DNA from: a virus
Taxonomy: Duplodnaviria; Caudoviricetes
DNA length: 28,860 nt
Reading direction: 5' to 3' (one strand)
IMG/VR virus record: IMGVR_UViG_3300029775_000374
Location: 1-28,860 of that record
Shown: positions 8,043 through 16,719 of the stretch, piece after piece
How positions within the stretch are numbered: position 1 is the stretch's first letter
Layout of the letters: each line of letters opens with the position of its first letter
The notes under the pieces: generated by a model
Told to the model about the DNA's origin: nothing
Databases searched by the model: none
Seen by the model: only the letters and a program-made list of their open reading frames with translations
Position numbers and translations under genes: made by a program

Positions 8043-9797
8043 TTAGACAATTTGGAATACTTTCACGAAGCCGTCAACGTAGGTGATACCGGGACGGACT
8101 CGGATGTACCAGTGATACTTCCAGTCGCTTCCGTGGTGCTCCACCTTCAGTTCGGCATCGGTGCGGTAGCCCAGGATAATGAACTTGGGCAGGCCGCCAA
8201 TGATGTAGTCATCCGGCATCAGGCGCGGTTTCACCGGGATGCCGGCAAAGGATACGTTTCCACCTTCCAGCAGGAAGCGATCCCCGGCATTGGTTTCACG
8301 TCTGGCCAGTTCTGCGCGAATGCGCACCAGGTCTTTGTGAGAGACGTAGAACTTGAAGTTCTCCTGGTCTTCCAACATCGCGTCAGAGAATTCCAGCAAC
8401 GCGGCTTCAAACTTCTCGTCCCAGTTGACGTTAGTTTCTTGATCAATGGTAGTCACTGCGCTGGCTGCGGTTGCCAGCTTAATAATGCCATTCAGCCCGG
8501 CCAGAGCCGGAGTGGCAGAATCGCGGTCGCCACGGAAAAGCAACAGGCGGATGGCCTTTTCAGCCTTCTTGGCGATGTGCTGCTCCACATACGCGCCAAA
8601 AGCCTCTTCACCATACTTGTCCTTGTAAAATTCCACCACGTCCCGGCCCAGAGTGAACTCCGCGGTCAGGATTCCGGTGGTACAAGTGATGTCACGCGTG
8701 CTGACTGCTTGCGCCGCGGCAGCCTCGTCCAGGCTATTGGTAAAGACCAAATCAGCGATCAAACCACTATCGATCTTCTCGTCTTTGATCAGCGGCACAA
8801 CCGTGATATCGCTCAGGGTATCACCGGGCTTGCTGCCGATCACTTCATCGATGAAGAGAGACGTGGTGTTGGGGGTGAGGATGTTCATCGCTTTGCCGCT
8901 GTCCACATCGGCGATGCCTTTGTAAATCTCGCGATGGGCAGCTTTCACCACCACCTTCGCGCCGTCGATCATCACTTCTGTGTCCCCGCCCCCCTCTTTG
9001 GGCTCGCCCTTCAGCGACTTGCTGATGGCCTTTGTGATGCTCAAGTTAAGCTCCTTGACTTCATTAGTGAACGATTTGATGAGCTCCTGAGTGGCAGAGC
9101 TTTCGTCTGCCTTTTCGAGCTCGTGGATTCTGCCCTGGAGGGTCTCCAGCACTTTGTTCGTGTCCGGGTTGGGGTTGCTGCCGATGGCTTTGCGAATGCC
9201 GTCCAATTGGCTCTTCAGTTCGGCCACCAATGCACCGTTGCCGGCTGCAGCAGTATCTTCGGCAAAACCGGCAATGGAAACGCCATTGAACTGGCCTTTC
9301 TTCACTTTCTGCCACAGATCGCTGTTCAGGTTTTCGCACTTCAGCACGGCCACCCAGCTTCCGGCTTTGGTGTTGGGGAAGTGATCTTTATCCTCTGCTT
9401 TGAGGATATAGGATTCGGCAATTACAAACTCCGGGACGGGCTGATTGTTGTGGTTGACGTCGTTCTTGCCCACCAGGCCTTTCTTAGCAAAGTGGTACGC
9501 GGCTTTCTTCACCTCTTCGGAGGTGTAAGTGTCACCCTGGGAGTCCACCACATCGGGCTCCATCACGGTTACATACAGCAGGCCCTCATTGCCCACCGTT
9601 TCACTTTTGAATTTTGCCGTGGCGCCCAGGATTTTACCCTGTTTGCCATCGGCGCTTTTGACCACTGCTCCGCGCATGTTAGCGGGCTTCATGTCGTCAA
9701 ACAGCAAAGAGATGAGATCCACATCGACATTGCGAAGGTTACCCTTCTGGATGCGTCTGCGCTGTTGACGGTTGGGACTGCGATTAAAAAGCTTCAT
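8043..9797 (-). CDS. XkdF-like prohead protease fused to major capsid protein
   Basis: N-terminal part has XkdF-type motifs (EPDVVDSQGD, DVNH, ESYI, GSW, LWQKVKKGQFNGVSIAG); coiled-coil linker; C-terminal ~290 aa capsid-like (LLLFRGD...GLNGIIK...FAGIPVK); AAGGAG RBS. Confidence 0.82.
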   Translation of the reverse strand: MKLFNRSPNRQQRRRIQKGNLRNVDVDLISLLFDDMKPANMRGAVVKSADGKQGKILGATAKFKSETVGNEGLLYVTVMEPDVVDSQGDTYTSEEVKKAAYHFAKKGLVGKNDVNHNNQPVPEFVIAESYILKAEDKDHFPNTKAGSWVAVLKCENLNSDLWQKVKKGQFNGVSIAGFAEDTAAAGNGALVAELKSQLDGIRKAIGSNPNPDTNKVLETLQGRIHELEKADESSATQELIKSFTNEVKELNLSITKAISKSLKGEPKEGGGDTEVMIDGAKVVVKAAHREIYKGIADVDSGKAMNILTPNTTSLFIDEVIGSKPGDTLSDITVVPLIKDEKIDSGLIADLVFTNSLDEAAAAQAVSTRDITCTTGILTAEFTLGRDVVEFYKDKYGEEAFGAYVEQHIAKKAEKAIRLLLFRGDRDSATPALAGLNGIIKLATAASAVTTIDQETNVNWDEKFEAALLEFSDAMLEDQENFKFYVSHKDLVRIRAELARRETNAGDRFLLEGGNVSFAGIPVKPRLMPDDYIIGGLPKFIILGYRTDAELKVEHHGSDWKYHWYIRVRPGITYVDGFVKVFQIV

Positions 9798-9808
9798 GCA
9801 TTTCTCCT

Positions 9809-10996
9809 TTACTTGTTGCGGAGGCCGTCAAACAGCCTCTCATCTTGGGTTTTAAGCGTTTCTGTCAGGTCTCCGAACTCAAAGTCCGAAGCCTTAACAT
9901 TCCATTTGAATTCATAGTTAAACTCATTCGCAAAAGCGAGCGCAAGACGCTCCTGTAGCGGCCGGATTACGAAGTGGTAAAACATGGCCATGTCACTGCG
10001 GTTATCACCACCAAGCTGGCCGGGAATCAATTGGGATACTATTCTTGCCGGCACCCGGTGATAAGCCAGGATGCCTTCTCTTAAGTCTTTCTTTAGGTTG
10101 AGGAAGCCGCCTTCACGATCCTGCTGACGCAGTGGCTCCAGGCGGATCTTAACGTCCTTGTTTTCGCTTTCGATGAGGACAGTAGAGTGGGATTTGGCGT
10201 TTCCTTTCACTTCGGTGAGAGCGCGCTCAATCTCGGTATAAGCATCGCTGATCACCTCGTTACCTTCCTCATCTACAGCGCTGCCGTCGCGCAATGTCCC
10301 ACCCTCCACGATCACGAAGTAGTCGATCATTAGCCCGTTCTTGAAGTTGTTGTAATCAAAGGTCTTGATCTCGCCTAAGATCTCGATGTTGATCGCGATC
10401 GGAAGACAAGCCAAACCCCAGGCATTAGATCTGTGGGTGCTCTTCTTGATGTGCACGATGTCCGCATAAGCGAAGTCTTTCTTGAGGTTGTTCTTAACCT
10501 GGATATAATCTGGCTTGAAAAAGCCGGAATCATCATAGTTTTCCACTATCTGCACTTCACTCGGCAGCATCCGCTCCAGCCCTACCCATTGCCCCATCGG
10601 ACTCCGCATCTTGATCAAAAATCCATTGCCACATGCCAAATAAAACTTCATCATCTCTGCCAGGATAGTGGTCTGATCTTCACATGCCGGGAACTCCGCT
10701 GCTTCCATCCAGGCCGTCACCCGCTTATCCTTGCATTCAAACATCATCACAGTAGCCATCGTGAGCGCGTCAATACAGCCGCTGTGATATTCATCCATGT
10801 CCAGCAGATTGGACAGCTTTTTCATTGAGTATGGCGCAGCTACCAGCTTCTTGCTCTCGGCTGCTTTGGAGATCAGTTGCTTGCCGACTCTGCTGCACTT
10901 GGATAAGTCAATCGGCTCAGGTTTGTATTTCTTCTCTATCATGTCGCTGACGTCACTGATGGCCAGCCGGTATCCGCCCATGCGCGTAATTCTCAT
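9809..10996 (-). CDS. portal protein (PBSX-type)
   Basis: 395 aa; YLACGNGFL, DIVHIK, WGLAC, YNNFKNG, ILAYHRVP and FYHFVIRPLQ motifs. Confidence 0.88.
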   Translation of the reverse strand: MRITRMGGYRLAISDVSDMIEKKYKPEPIDLSKCSRVGKQLISKAAESKKLVAAPYSMKKLSNLLDMDEYHSGCIDALTMATVMMFECKDKRVTAWMEAAEFPACEDQTTILAEMMKFYLACGNGFLIKMRSPMGQWVGLERMLPSEVQIVENYDDSGFFKPDYIQVKNNLKKDFAYADIVHIKKSTHRSNAWGLACLPIAINIEILGEIKTFDYNNFKNGLMIDYFVIVEGGTLRDGSAVDEEGNEVISDAYTEIERALTEVKGNAKSHSTVLIESENKDVKIRLEPLRQQDREGGFLNLKKDLREGILAYHRVPARIVSQLIPGQLGGDNRSDMAMFYHFVIRPLQERLALAFANEFNYEFKWNVKASDFEFGDLTETLKTQDERLFDGLRNK

Positions 10997-11385
10997 GATC
11001 CGGCTCCAATCCCACTTCTGAGCAAGCTGATCTTGGCAATGCGCACCAGGCGTGCCCCATCAATGCGGCCGCTGTAATATTCGATAGCCGGAAAGTCTCT
11101 GCCCATTGTGCCGAGGTACTTCTCGCGGAAGCTTTCTTTCAATGTGTAGAGATCACCATCCGGATCGATCGCGTTCTGCGCGTTGACGATCAAAAACACG
11201 CTCCAGCCCAAGTCCGTGTCAGTAAAGCGCTTGGATGTGCCATTCTTGCCGGTCTCGCTTTCCAGGGTGATGATAGCAGCCGGCAGGCTTTTAGGTATCT
11301 CATCTTTGTTATACAGCACATTCGTGATCTCTGCCTGGTTCAAAGCCGCAGTGATAGCGGCGCGCTCGCTTGTCATTTTGCTCAC
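10993..11385 (-). CDS. putative tail terminator/neck protein
   Basis: 130 aa with 'LPAAIITLESET' pattern; ATGA-coupled within the neck cluster. Confidence 0.5.
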   Translation of the reverse strand: MSKMTSERAAITAALNQAEITNVLYNKDEIPKSLPAAIITLESETGKNGTSKRFTDTDLGWSVFLIVNAQNAIDPDGDLYTLKESFREKYLGTMGRDFPAIEYYSGRIDGARLVRIAKISLLRSGIGAGS

Positions 11386-11861
11386 AGTTTTACCTCAATC
11401 GAATCCAATTGTTCATATATCCATGCTTCCCGGTTCTTGATCACCGTCTCATATACGTTCCTTGCCGGGATGCCTTCCCGCTTGATCTTACCCCGGATCA
11501 TATAAGCCATCTGCTCAATTGTCAGCAGCTTGCCGCTCTTCTTGTCCGTCCAGGCCAGCCCTTTGCGATCTACCCAGGCCTTCAAAGGTGCGATGGGAGT
11601 CCAGGAAGGCACTTTGCCGCCCAGCACAAACGGCTCATGACGCACATTGGAGCCTACTCTCAGCACCAGTGCTCCAGGTTGGTTTTCCACCAGGTAGCCG
11701 GCATTATCATAAAAGTCGCCTTTATCGTATATCTTCTGAGCGATGATCTCGCGCCTCGCATCGGCGTCTATCATGCTGCCAATCAGGTAAACCCGGCTCT
11801 CCAGCGCGGCATAGATAGCCTGGTAAATGTCGCGCATCAATTGATCCGGTTGATTGTTCAT
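11382..11861 (-). CDS. putative neck/virion morphogenesis protein (HK97 gp10-like)
   Basis: 159 aa; LRVGSNVRHEPFV...PLKAWVDRKG...IKREGIPAR pattern. Confidence 0.6.
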   Translation of the reverse strand: MNNQPDQLMRDIYQAIYAALESRVYLIGSMIDADARREIIAQKIYDKGDFYDNAGYLVENQPGALVLRVGSNVRHEPFVLGGKVPSWTPIAPLKAWVDRKGLAWTDKKSGKLLTIEQMAYMIRGKIKREGIPARNVYETVIKNREAWIYEQLDSIEVKL

Positions 11862-12343
11862 CAGATCACCCCAATCCGGAATCGTTTAGGCACCGGAGTA
11901 AGCTCACGCATCCGCTGAAGCCCTTCCTGACTGATGTATGCGCCCAAAGCTGACAAGCCCTTCAGTTCCAAGGTGCTGGCCAGTTGATCCATTTCGTGGC
12001 CGGATAAAAGTGCGGTAGTGCTGCTATCCAGGCCAATGCTTTTCACGATGCCTTGCCCTAAGGTCTTCAGATTCAGTAGATGCGCAGTCTGGGATAGCAT
12101 AAAATAGCTGTAGGCCAAGCGCAGAGCATGATAATATTCACTCTCAATTACCTGTGCTTCACCCTCTTCCGGATCCTCAGGAGTGTATGTAGATGCGTCT
12201 TCCATTGCCTCATCGAGTGTGTAACGAGCCATTAAGCCCATCACCAACCCACTGTGCAGAGCCCAAAGCGGGTTATCCGCCATGTCGGCCGGAAGGTTCA
12301 TCATTTGGCAAAAGTCTGCGCCGGAAACGGGTAAATAAGCCAT
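11861..12343 (-). CDS. putative head-tail adaptor
   Basis: 160-aa helical protein with AAGGAG RBS; first gene of the neck cluster; called from position. Confidence 0.45.
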   Translation of the reverse strand: MAYLPVSGADFCQMMNLPADMADNPLWALHSGLVMGLMARYTLDEAMEDASTYTPEDPEEGEAQVIESEYYHALRLAYSYFMLSQTAHLLNLKTLGQGIVKSIGLDSSTTALLSGHEMDQLASTLELKGLSALGAYISQEGLQRMRELTPVPKRFRIGVI

Positions 12344-12366
12344 GGGAGCTCCTTAATTCTTTGATT

Positions 12367-12419
12367 CCAAGCTTTGCTTGCGCCTTCTTGGCGTCAAACC
12401 CACCTGTCGCCTTATGTCA
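12367..12419 (-). promoter_or_regulatory. putative late promoter, copy 1
   Basis: 44/53 identical to 19625-19677; TGACAyAAGGCGACAGG box, then TTGACG-17 bp-AAGCTT. Confidence 0.75.
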
Positions 12420-12429
12420 CAGTATTTAC

Positions 12430-12453
12430 ATAGTAGAAGCGGCATCCTGCCGC
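12430..12453 (-). terminator. possible weak intrinsic terminator after the F-like gene
   Basis: GCGGCA-gga-TGCCGC followed by TTCTACTAT. Confidence 0.45.
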
Positions 12454-12454
12454 G

Positions 12455-13333
12455 TTATACCACTATCTCGGTCTTAGTCCGGCATTTCCAATGAAACGGC
12501 GGGAACGGCGTATGCGCTCCGGAAACTCCCGTTGGATTCCCCTCTGCGTCCCGCTCAACCTGGCTTTCAGTAACCCATGGCGCCAAAGCTTTAATCCGCT
12601 CCCTGGATTCCTCCAGCCCCTCCGCGTTAACGTCGATGTCAATGAGCTGATCTCGCACTTTGAGCGCTACACTGAGCGGATAGAGCTTATTCTCGCTGAC
12701 CAATGCCCAACAGATGTCACTCGTCCTGTTATCCATCGGATTCACCAAGCGGTACCACTTCGCTCCGGCCTTCTCATAGCCGGAGAGCCGCCCAAACTCC
12801 CGTATTCTCAGCGCGGTATGCTCCGCCAATCCCTGCCAGTAGTGAGCGCTTTTTGGCCCCAAATCACTGAACTTTTGTTCCAGTAAGCCCGCAAGCTGCT
12901 CCTTGGTATATCCTTCCTGAACCGCGGTGGTTAGAGCGTCCCGGAAGTCCTGGCTGATGTCGCTGCCCCAATGTTGCCCGATCCAAAAGAGGTTCTGCTG
13001 CCGGATCTGAGACGCAAGGCGTTGATCCTCAATGCCCCAGAGCCCGATGCTGATCTTCACCTTGGGATCCGTGCGCACGTCCTGGATGCCCAGGCGCAAG
13101 CTTCTCTCCACATAAGCCTTGGTCTCAGCTGCCACCGCCATCATAAAGTCATCACCCAGGTTCTGATTGATCACTGCCATCAACGCGTCAATTGTACGCT
13201 TATTCACCCGCTCCGCCCTGGGTAAATCGCTCAACGCTTGGATCGCAAAACGTGCCGCGTCCCGGATTTCCCGTTGCCAGGCATTATTCAGCACCTGGTA
13301 GTATTGCAGCATGAGCCGATCAAAATAGTCCAT
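12455..13333 (-). CDS. head morphogenesis protein (Mu gpF/SPP1 gp7-like)
   Basis: DNRTSDIC and PPFHWKCRT motifs; coupled to terL. Confidence 0.88.
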   Translation of the reverse strand: MDYFDRLMLQYYQVLNNAWQREIRDAARFAIQALSDLPRAERVNKRTIDALMAVINQNLGDDFMMAVAAETKAYVERSLRLGIQDVRTDPKVKISIGLWGIEDQRLASQIRQQNLFWIGQHWGSDISQDFRDALTTAVQEGYTKEQLAGLLEQKFSDLGPKSAHYWQGLAEHTALRIREFGRLSGYEKAGAKWYRLVNPMDNRTSDICWALVSENKLYPLSVALKVRDQLIDIDVNAEGLEESRERIKALAPWVTESQVERDAEGNPTGVSGAHTPFPPFHWKCRTKTEIVV

Positions 13334-14883
13334 CAGATCCTCAACCTTCGCACTCGCACCCGGTTCCGGCCAATATCATATTCATTGAAGCGCTCCAAAC
13401 ATCCGGCCAGAGCGTCACATCCATCAACATAACCATCAGGATAGGTGAGAAACTGGCTGATTAAAGTGGGTGTATCCTGGCCGTCCGGGAACAGCACCTT
13501 AGCTGTCTCAATGACGGTCTCAGTCCTCTCAATACGAAGGTTCTTATTCTCCTTGGTATCAATGCGTTTGATTCGGTGACTGATGGGCGGTAAATGGTGA
13601 TCAGTAGCCCAGCGGTCAAAATCAGCCAGGATACGTTGCTGACCGTAAGTGGTTTCACAGGCTGCTCTGGCTTTCACTCTGTAGGTGCGATCCAACTCCT
13701 GATAGGCATCATAGTAGTATCTGAAGAACTTAGTATTCTCAGTCTGCCTTATCCAGACGTGGATCACGTAGAACCTGTCACCATCATAACCGATGGAGAT
13801 AATGGCCTTGTAACATCCCTTCTCACCCCATGCCGGATCCGCGTAGAGCCACACCCTCTTCATCTTAGGGGCTTCCGGCAGGCTGCGGTAACGCTTAAAC
13901 CACTCATTCTTAAAGATATTGCCTTCGATCACCTGCTTGCCAAGCATCTCACGCTGGTAACCGGTAAAGCCGTATTTGGCTTTGAGCTCGTGCAACTTCT
14001 CGGTGGGATACTGCTCTTCCCACACAGACCGCCCATGAGAATCTTCCAACGAATAGCGCAGAATCGCGCGCTGTGGCACTTTTAGTGTAGTTTGGTATCC
14101 CAGGTCCAAATCGGGATTATCGGCCTTAATTTCGCCCTTTATGAGCTCTTCAAACTGGCATATAGCATAATTTGGGTGAACCAGGTTCCCCAGCCAGATC
14201 ACCTTGCCCGGCTCTCCTGGATCCAAAGCCCCGGCCAGCTCCTGGGTGATCTTGTCCAGTTTGCGCCTGCCAATCGTGCGGCTGCCCATGTTCTCTTCTT
14301 TGTCTATGTCGTCACAAATGATCAGCCCCGGCCTCTTCGCTGTCTTGGGGTTAATGGTTCCCCTGTGGCTTTGCTTTATTGATCTGGCCCGGATCCTGGC
14401 CTTATTCTTCAGGTAGAAATCTTCCTTCTCGGTATCCACCGGCTGAAGCTCCGGCCAATCACTGATCAGCCTTCGATTGTTCTGGAGCTCGTGCAGAGTG
14501 AACGCAGAGCGTTCCACCGCCAGGTCAATGTCAGCAGCAGTATGTATCACATAGCGCTCCCCCTTGATGATCTTCCAGATCGGATAGACCACGCCCATCA
14601 GCACAGTTTTGCCCAAGCCCCGGAATCCCGTGATGGCGGTAACGCCACAAAGAGCCTCCGTCTCCTCGAACATCTCCCGGTGCATCAGGCCGAAGGGCTT
14701 GGTGAAGATATGCGGGAAGTAGGTCTCGCAAAAATAGCTGAAGGCCTCCCAGCCATGGGAATCCACCCGCGCCAAGCGGTACACCTTCGCGGCAGGAGTA
14801 TCCCCGCTAAATGGAATCACATGCGGTGTCTTAGCCGCTATCTCCTGAAGCGCCTTGTTCTGCCGCTGGATGAATTTAGCCAT
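13333..14883 (-). CDS. terL: terminase large subunit
   Basis: Walker A GFRGLGKT, Walker B IICDDID, nuclease motifs YADPA and DGCDAL. Confidence 0.92.
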   Translation of the reverse strand: MAKFIQRQNKALQEIAAKTPHVIPFSGDTPAAKVYRLARVDSHGWEAFSYFCETYFPHIFTKPFGLMHREMFEETEALCGVTAITGFRGLGKTVLMGVVYPIWKIIKGERYVIHTAADIDLAVERSAFTLHELQNNRRLISDWPELQPVDTEKEDFYLKNKARIRARSIKQSHRGTINPKTAKRPGLIICDDIDKEENMGSRTIGRRKLDKITQELAGALDPGEPGKVIWLGNLVHPNYAICQFEELIKGEIKADNPDLDLGYQTTLKVPQRAILRYSLEDSHGRSVWEEQYPTEKLHELKAKYGFTGYQREMLGKQVIEGNIFKNEWFKRYRSLPEAPKMKRVWLYADPAWGEKGCYKAIISIGYDGDRFYVIHVWIRQTENTKFFRYYYDAYQELDRTYRVKARAACETTYGQQRILADFDRWATDHHLPPISHRIKRIDTKENKNLRIERTETVIETAKVLFPDGQDTPTLISQFLTYPDGYVDGCDALAGCLERFNEYDIGRNRVRVRRLRI

Positions 14884-15124
14884 CTGTTACCCCTACTCCA
14901 GTGGCGTCCTGATCAAGGCATTGCAGAATGCCTTGTATAGTTCCACTGTCTATTCCGGCGCACTCCAGCGCGCTGCTGATCTCCGCCTCACTGCTGTGCT
15001 TTGGCACCTCCAGGCTGTCATACTCATAGCCATCTTCTGTTTGGGATACATTCCAGACCAGGATTAAGTTCCGGCCGTATGCCATGCTTCCTGGCTGTAA
15101 TGGAGTTTCGCTTGTGCTTCTCAT
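14876..15124 (-). CDS. hypothetical protein (DGR-adjacent)
   Basis: 82 aa, GAGG RBS, stop overlaps the terL start. Confidence 0.7.
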   Translation of the reverse strand: MRSTSETPLQPGSMAYGRNLILVWNVSQTEDGYEYDSLEVPKHSSEAEISSALECAGIDSGTIQGILQCLDQDATGVGVTDG

Positions 15125-15131
15125 CTTATCC

Positions 15132-15416
15132 TCACGTAAAAGTATAGTATCTCTTGTTTTTGATTATTGTGGTGCTGAAGGGGATTTCGCTGTGGTACTT
15201 TTCTATTTGCTCAATCAAGATAGTGGAACCAGTGAAGATAACTCTTTTCACTCCATCAATCTCAACCTCAAGGTGCAGACATTTTGCTTCTTTAAACTTG
15301 CTCTGCACGATCTTGTGGCCGGTGACCACCAGGGCAATATTGATGGCGTCATCCAGGCGCATTTTATCACCCTCAAGCGGCTTTATCTCATCACAGAAGT
15401 CGCTAAAACTCTTCAC
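15132..15416 (-). CDS. hypothetical beta-rich protein, candidate DGR accessory factor
   Basis: 94 aa; GTG start overlaps the RT stop (GTGA); not helical like Avd. Confidence 0.75.
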   Translation of the reverse strand: MKSFSDFCDEIKPLEGDKMRLDDAINIALVVTGHKIVQSKFKEAKCLHLEVEIDGVKRVIFTGSTILIEQIEKYHSEIPFSTTIIKNKRYYTFT

Positions 15417-16465
15417 TTAAGCCTCTTAATCAAAGGGTTTCTAACCCCCAATTCCGCAGAGGCCTCACTAATTGCGGCCTTAACCCCGATATCAACGTGT
15501 CTCTTTATCAGGTTAAGGCTGTTAGCTGGCTTTAGCCAACCGTAATAGCTCATGATGCTACTGATTGCTTTCTGGCCTGTAATGCGTCTATCTCTAATAA
15601 GTATTGCCTGCTTTTTGAACCTGGCAGAGATAGATTTTCTGACCAACGTATAGCCAGGGAAGAAGCGATAACCAAGGAAGTCTATACCCCTGCTTTTTAC
15701 TGGGAATACCTGCCAATTGCTCTTCATCTCCAGCCGCAGCTCATCTCTAAGGTATTCTGCGATTTCTGAGCGCAACTCGTGAAGCATACGTTTATCGTTA
15801 TGCAAGAAAATCATATCGTCACTATACCGAAAGTAGTGCTTTATTCTTTTGGTCTCCTTGATCCAATGATCGAATCTACTCATGTAAATATTGGCAAAAT
15901 GCTGTGATAGACAGTTCCCAATTGGTATTCCGGAATCCGTGCTATTAATGATGCCATCCAGGAGCTCAATGGTTCTGTCGCACTTGATCTTATGCCGAAC
16001 TATGCACTTTAGAATATCATGGTCTACAGAGGGATAAAACTTTCTGATATCGATCTTAAGGCAATATAGATCAGGATCCTGACGTAATATGCTCTTCAAC
16101 TTTTTGGCTGCTTTGTGGATACCCCTACCTTTGATACAGGCATAAGTATCAGCTACAAGGGAACGCACCCAGATATCTCCAATTACCTGGAGAATTGCAT
16201 GGTGAACCACTCTATCCGGAAAGTATGGCAAGCGATATATCTCTCTTAGTTTATTCCCACACTGACGGGTAAACACGTCATACTCCCCAGTTGAATAGGT
16301 TCCCTGCCTGAGCTGTGTTTGCAGGTGCAGGATGTGGCTCTGAACGTCCTTTTCCACGTCCCGCACCTCCTTATACCACTCTTTCCCTTTTTTTGCGTTC
16401 TGGTGAGCCATGATAAGATTATCAATACTTGTTATCCGATCAAACAGCAGGCCATAGCGCTTCAT
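15413..16465 (-). CDS. DGR reverse transcriptase
   Basis: KLREIY, PDRVVHHA, LKIDIRKFYPSVDH, GIPIGNCLSQ (DGR-type SQ motif), RYSDD, GIDFLGY; no maturase or endonuclease extension; adjacent TR/VR pair. Confidence 0.96.
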   Translation of the reverse strand: MKRYGLLFDRITSIDNLIMAHQNAKKGKEWYKEVRDVEKDVQSHILHLQTQLRQGTYSTGEYDVFTRQCGNKLREIYRLPYFPDRVVHHAILQVIGDIWVRSLVADTYACIKGRGIHKAAKKLKSILRQDPDLYCLKIDIRKFYPSVDHDILKCIVRHKIKCDRTIELLDGIINSTDSGIPIGNCLSQHFANIYMSRFDHWIKETKRIKHYFRYSDDMIFLHNDKRMLHELRSEIAEYLRDELRLEMKSNWQVFPVKSRGIDFLGYRFFPGYTLVRKSISARFKKQAILIRDRRITGQKAISSIMSYYGWLKPANSLNLIKRHVDIGVKAAISEASAELGVRNPLIKRLK

Positions 16466-16719
16466 GCCACCCTCTGCTTATTTACGCCCGGAGCTTTCGC
16501 TTTAGCTACCAGCACCTTAGGGCTTGCTTTGTGTTTCACCAAGTGGTGAGGTCGTGTACATACAGTATGGGATAATAAGCTTAGCTGCCTGCCGATATTC
16601 GTATTCGTAGTCGAAACGCCGTTATTCGCATTCACGCAGAACGCCCCAGTGTTACCACTGTTATTCGCATTACCGCCGACTGCCACGACACGCATTGTAC
16701 ACAACCCTAAATTTTTCAT
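16462..16719 (-). CDS. TR-spanning ORF (85 aa), translation uncertain
   Basis: Stop-free ORF with ATGA overlaps at both ends; its middle is the Asn-rich TR translation. Confidence 0.4.
   Translation of the reverse strand: MKNLGLCTMRVVAVGGNANNSGNTGAFCVNANNGVSTTNTNIGRQLSLLSHTVCTRPHHLVKHKASPKVLVAKAKAPGVNKQRVA
16575..16694 (-). repeat. DGR template repeat (TR)
   Basis: 120-bp ungapped match to 16718-16837; 30 adenines and nine AAY codons; all 16 mismatches fall at TR adenines. Confidence 0.97.

Noticed and set aside
7803-9917. 704-aa plus-strand ORF
   Set aside because: Antisense shadow of the strongly codon-biased protease-capsid gene; no recognisable motifs
15413-16465. RT as group II intron, retron or Abi RT
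   Set aside because: Short, has the SQ motif, lacks maturase/endonuclease extension and the retron VTG motif, and has an adjacent A-specific TR/VR pair
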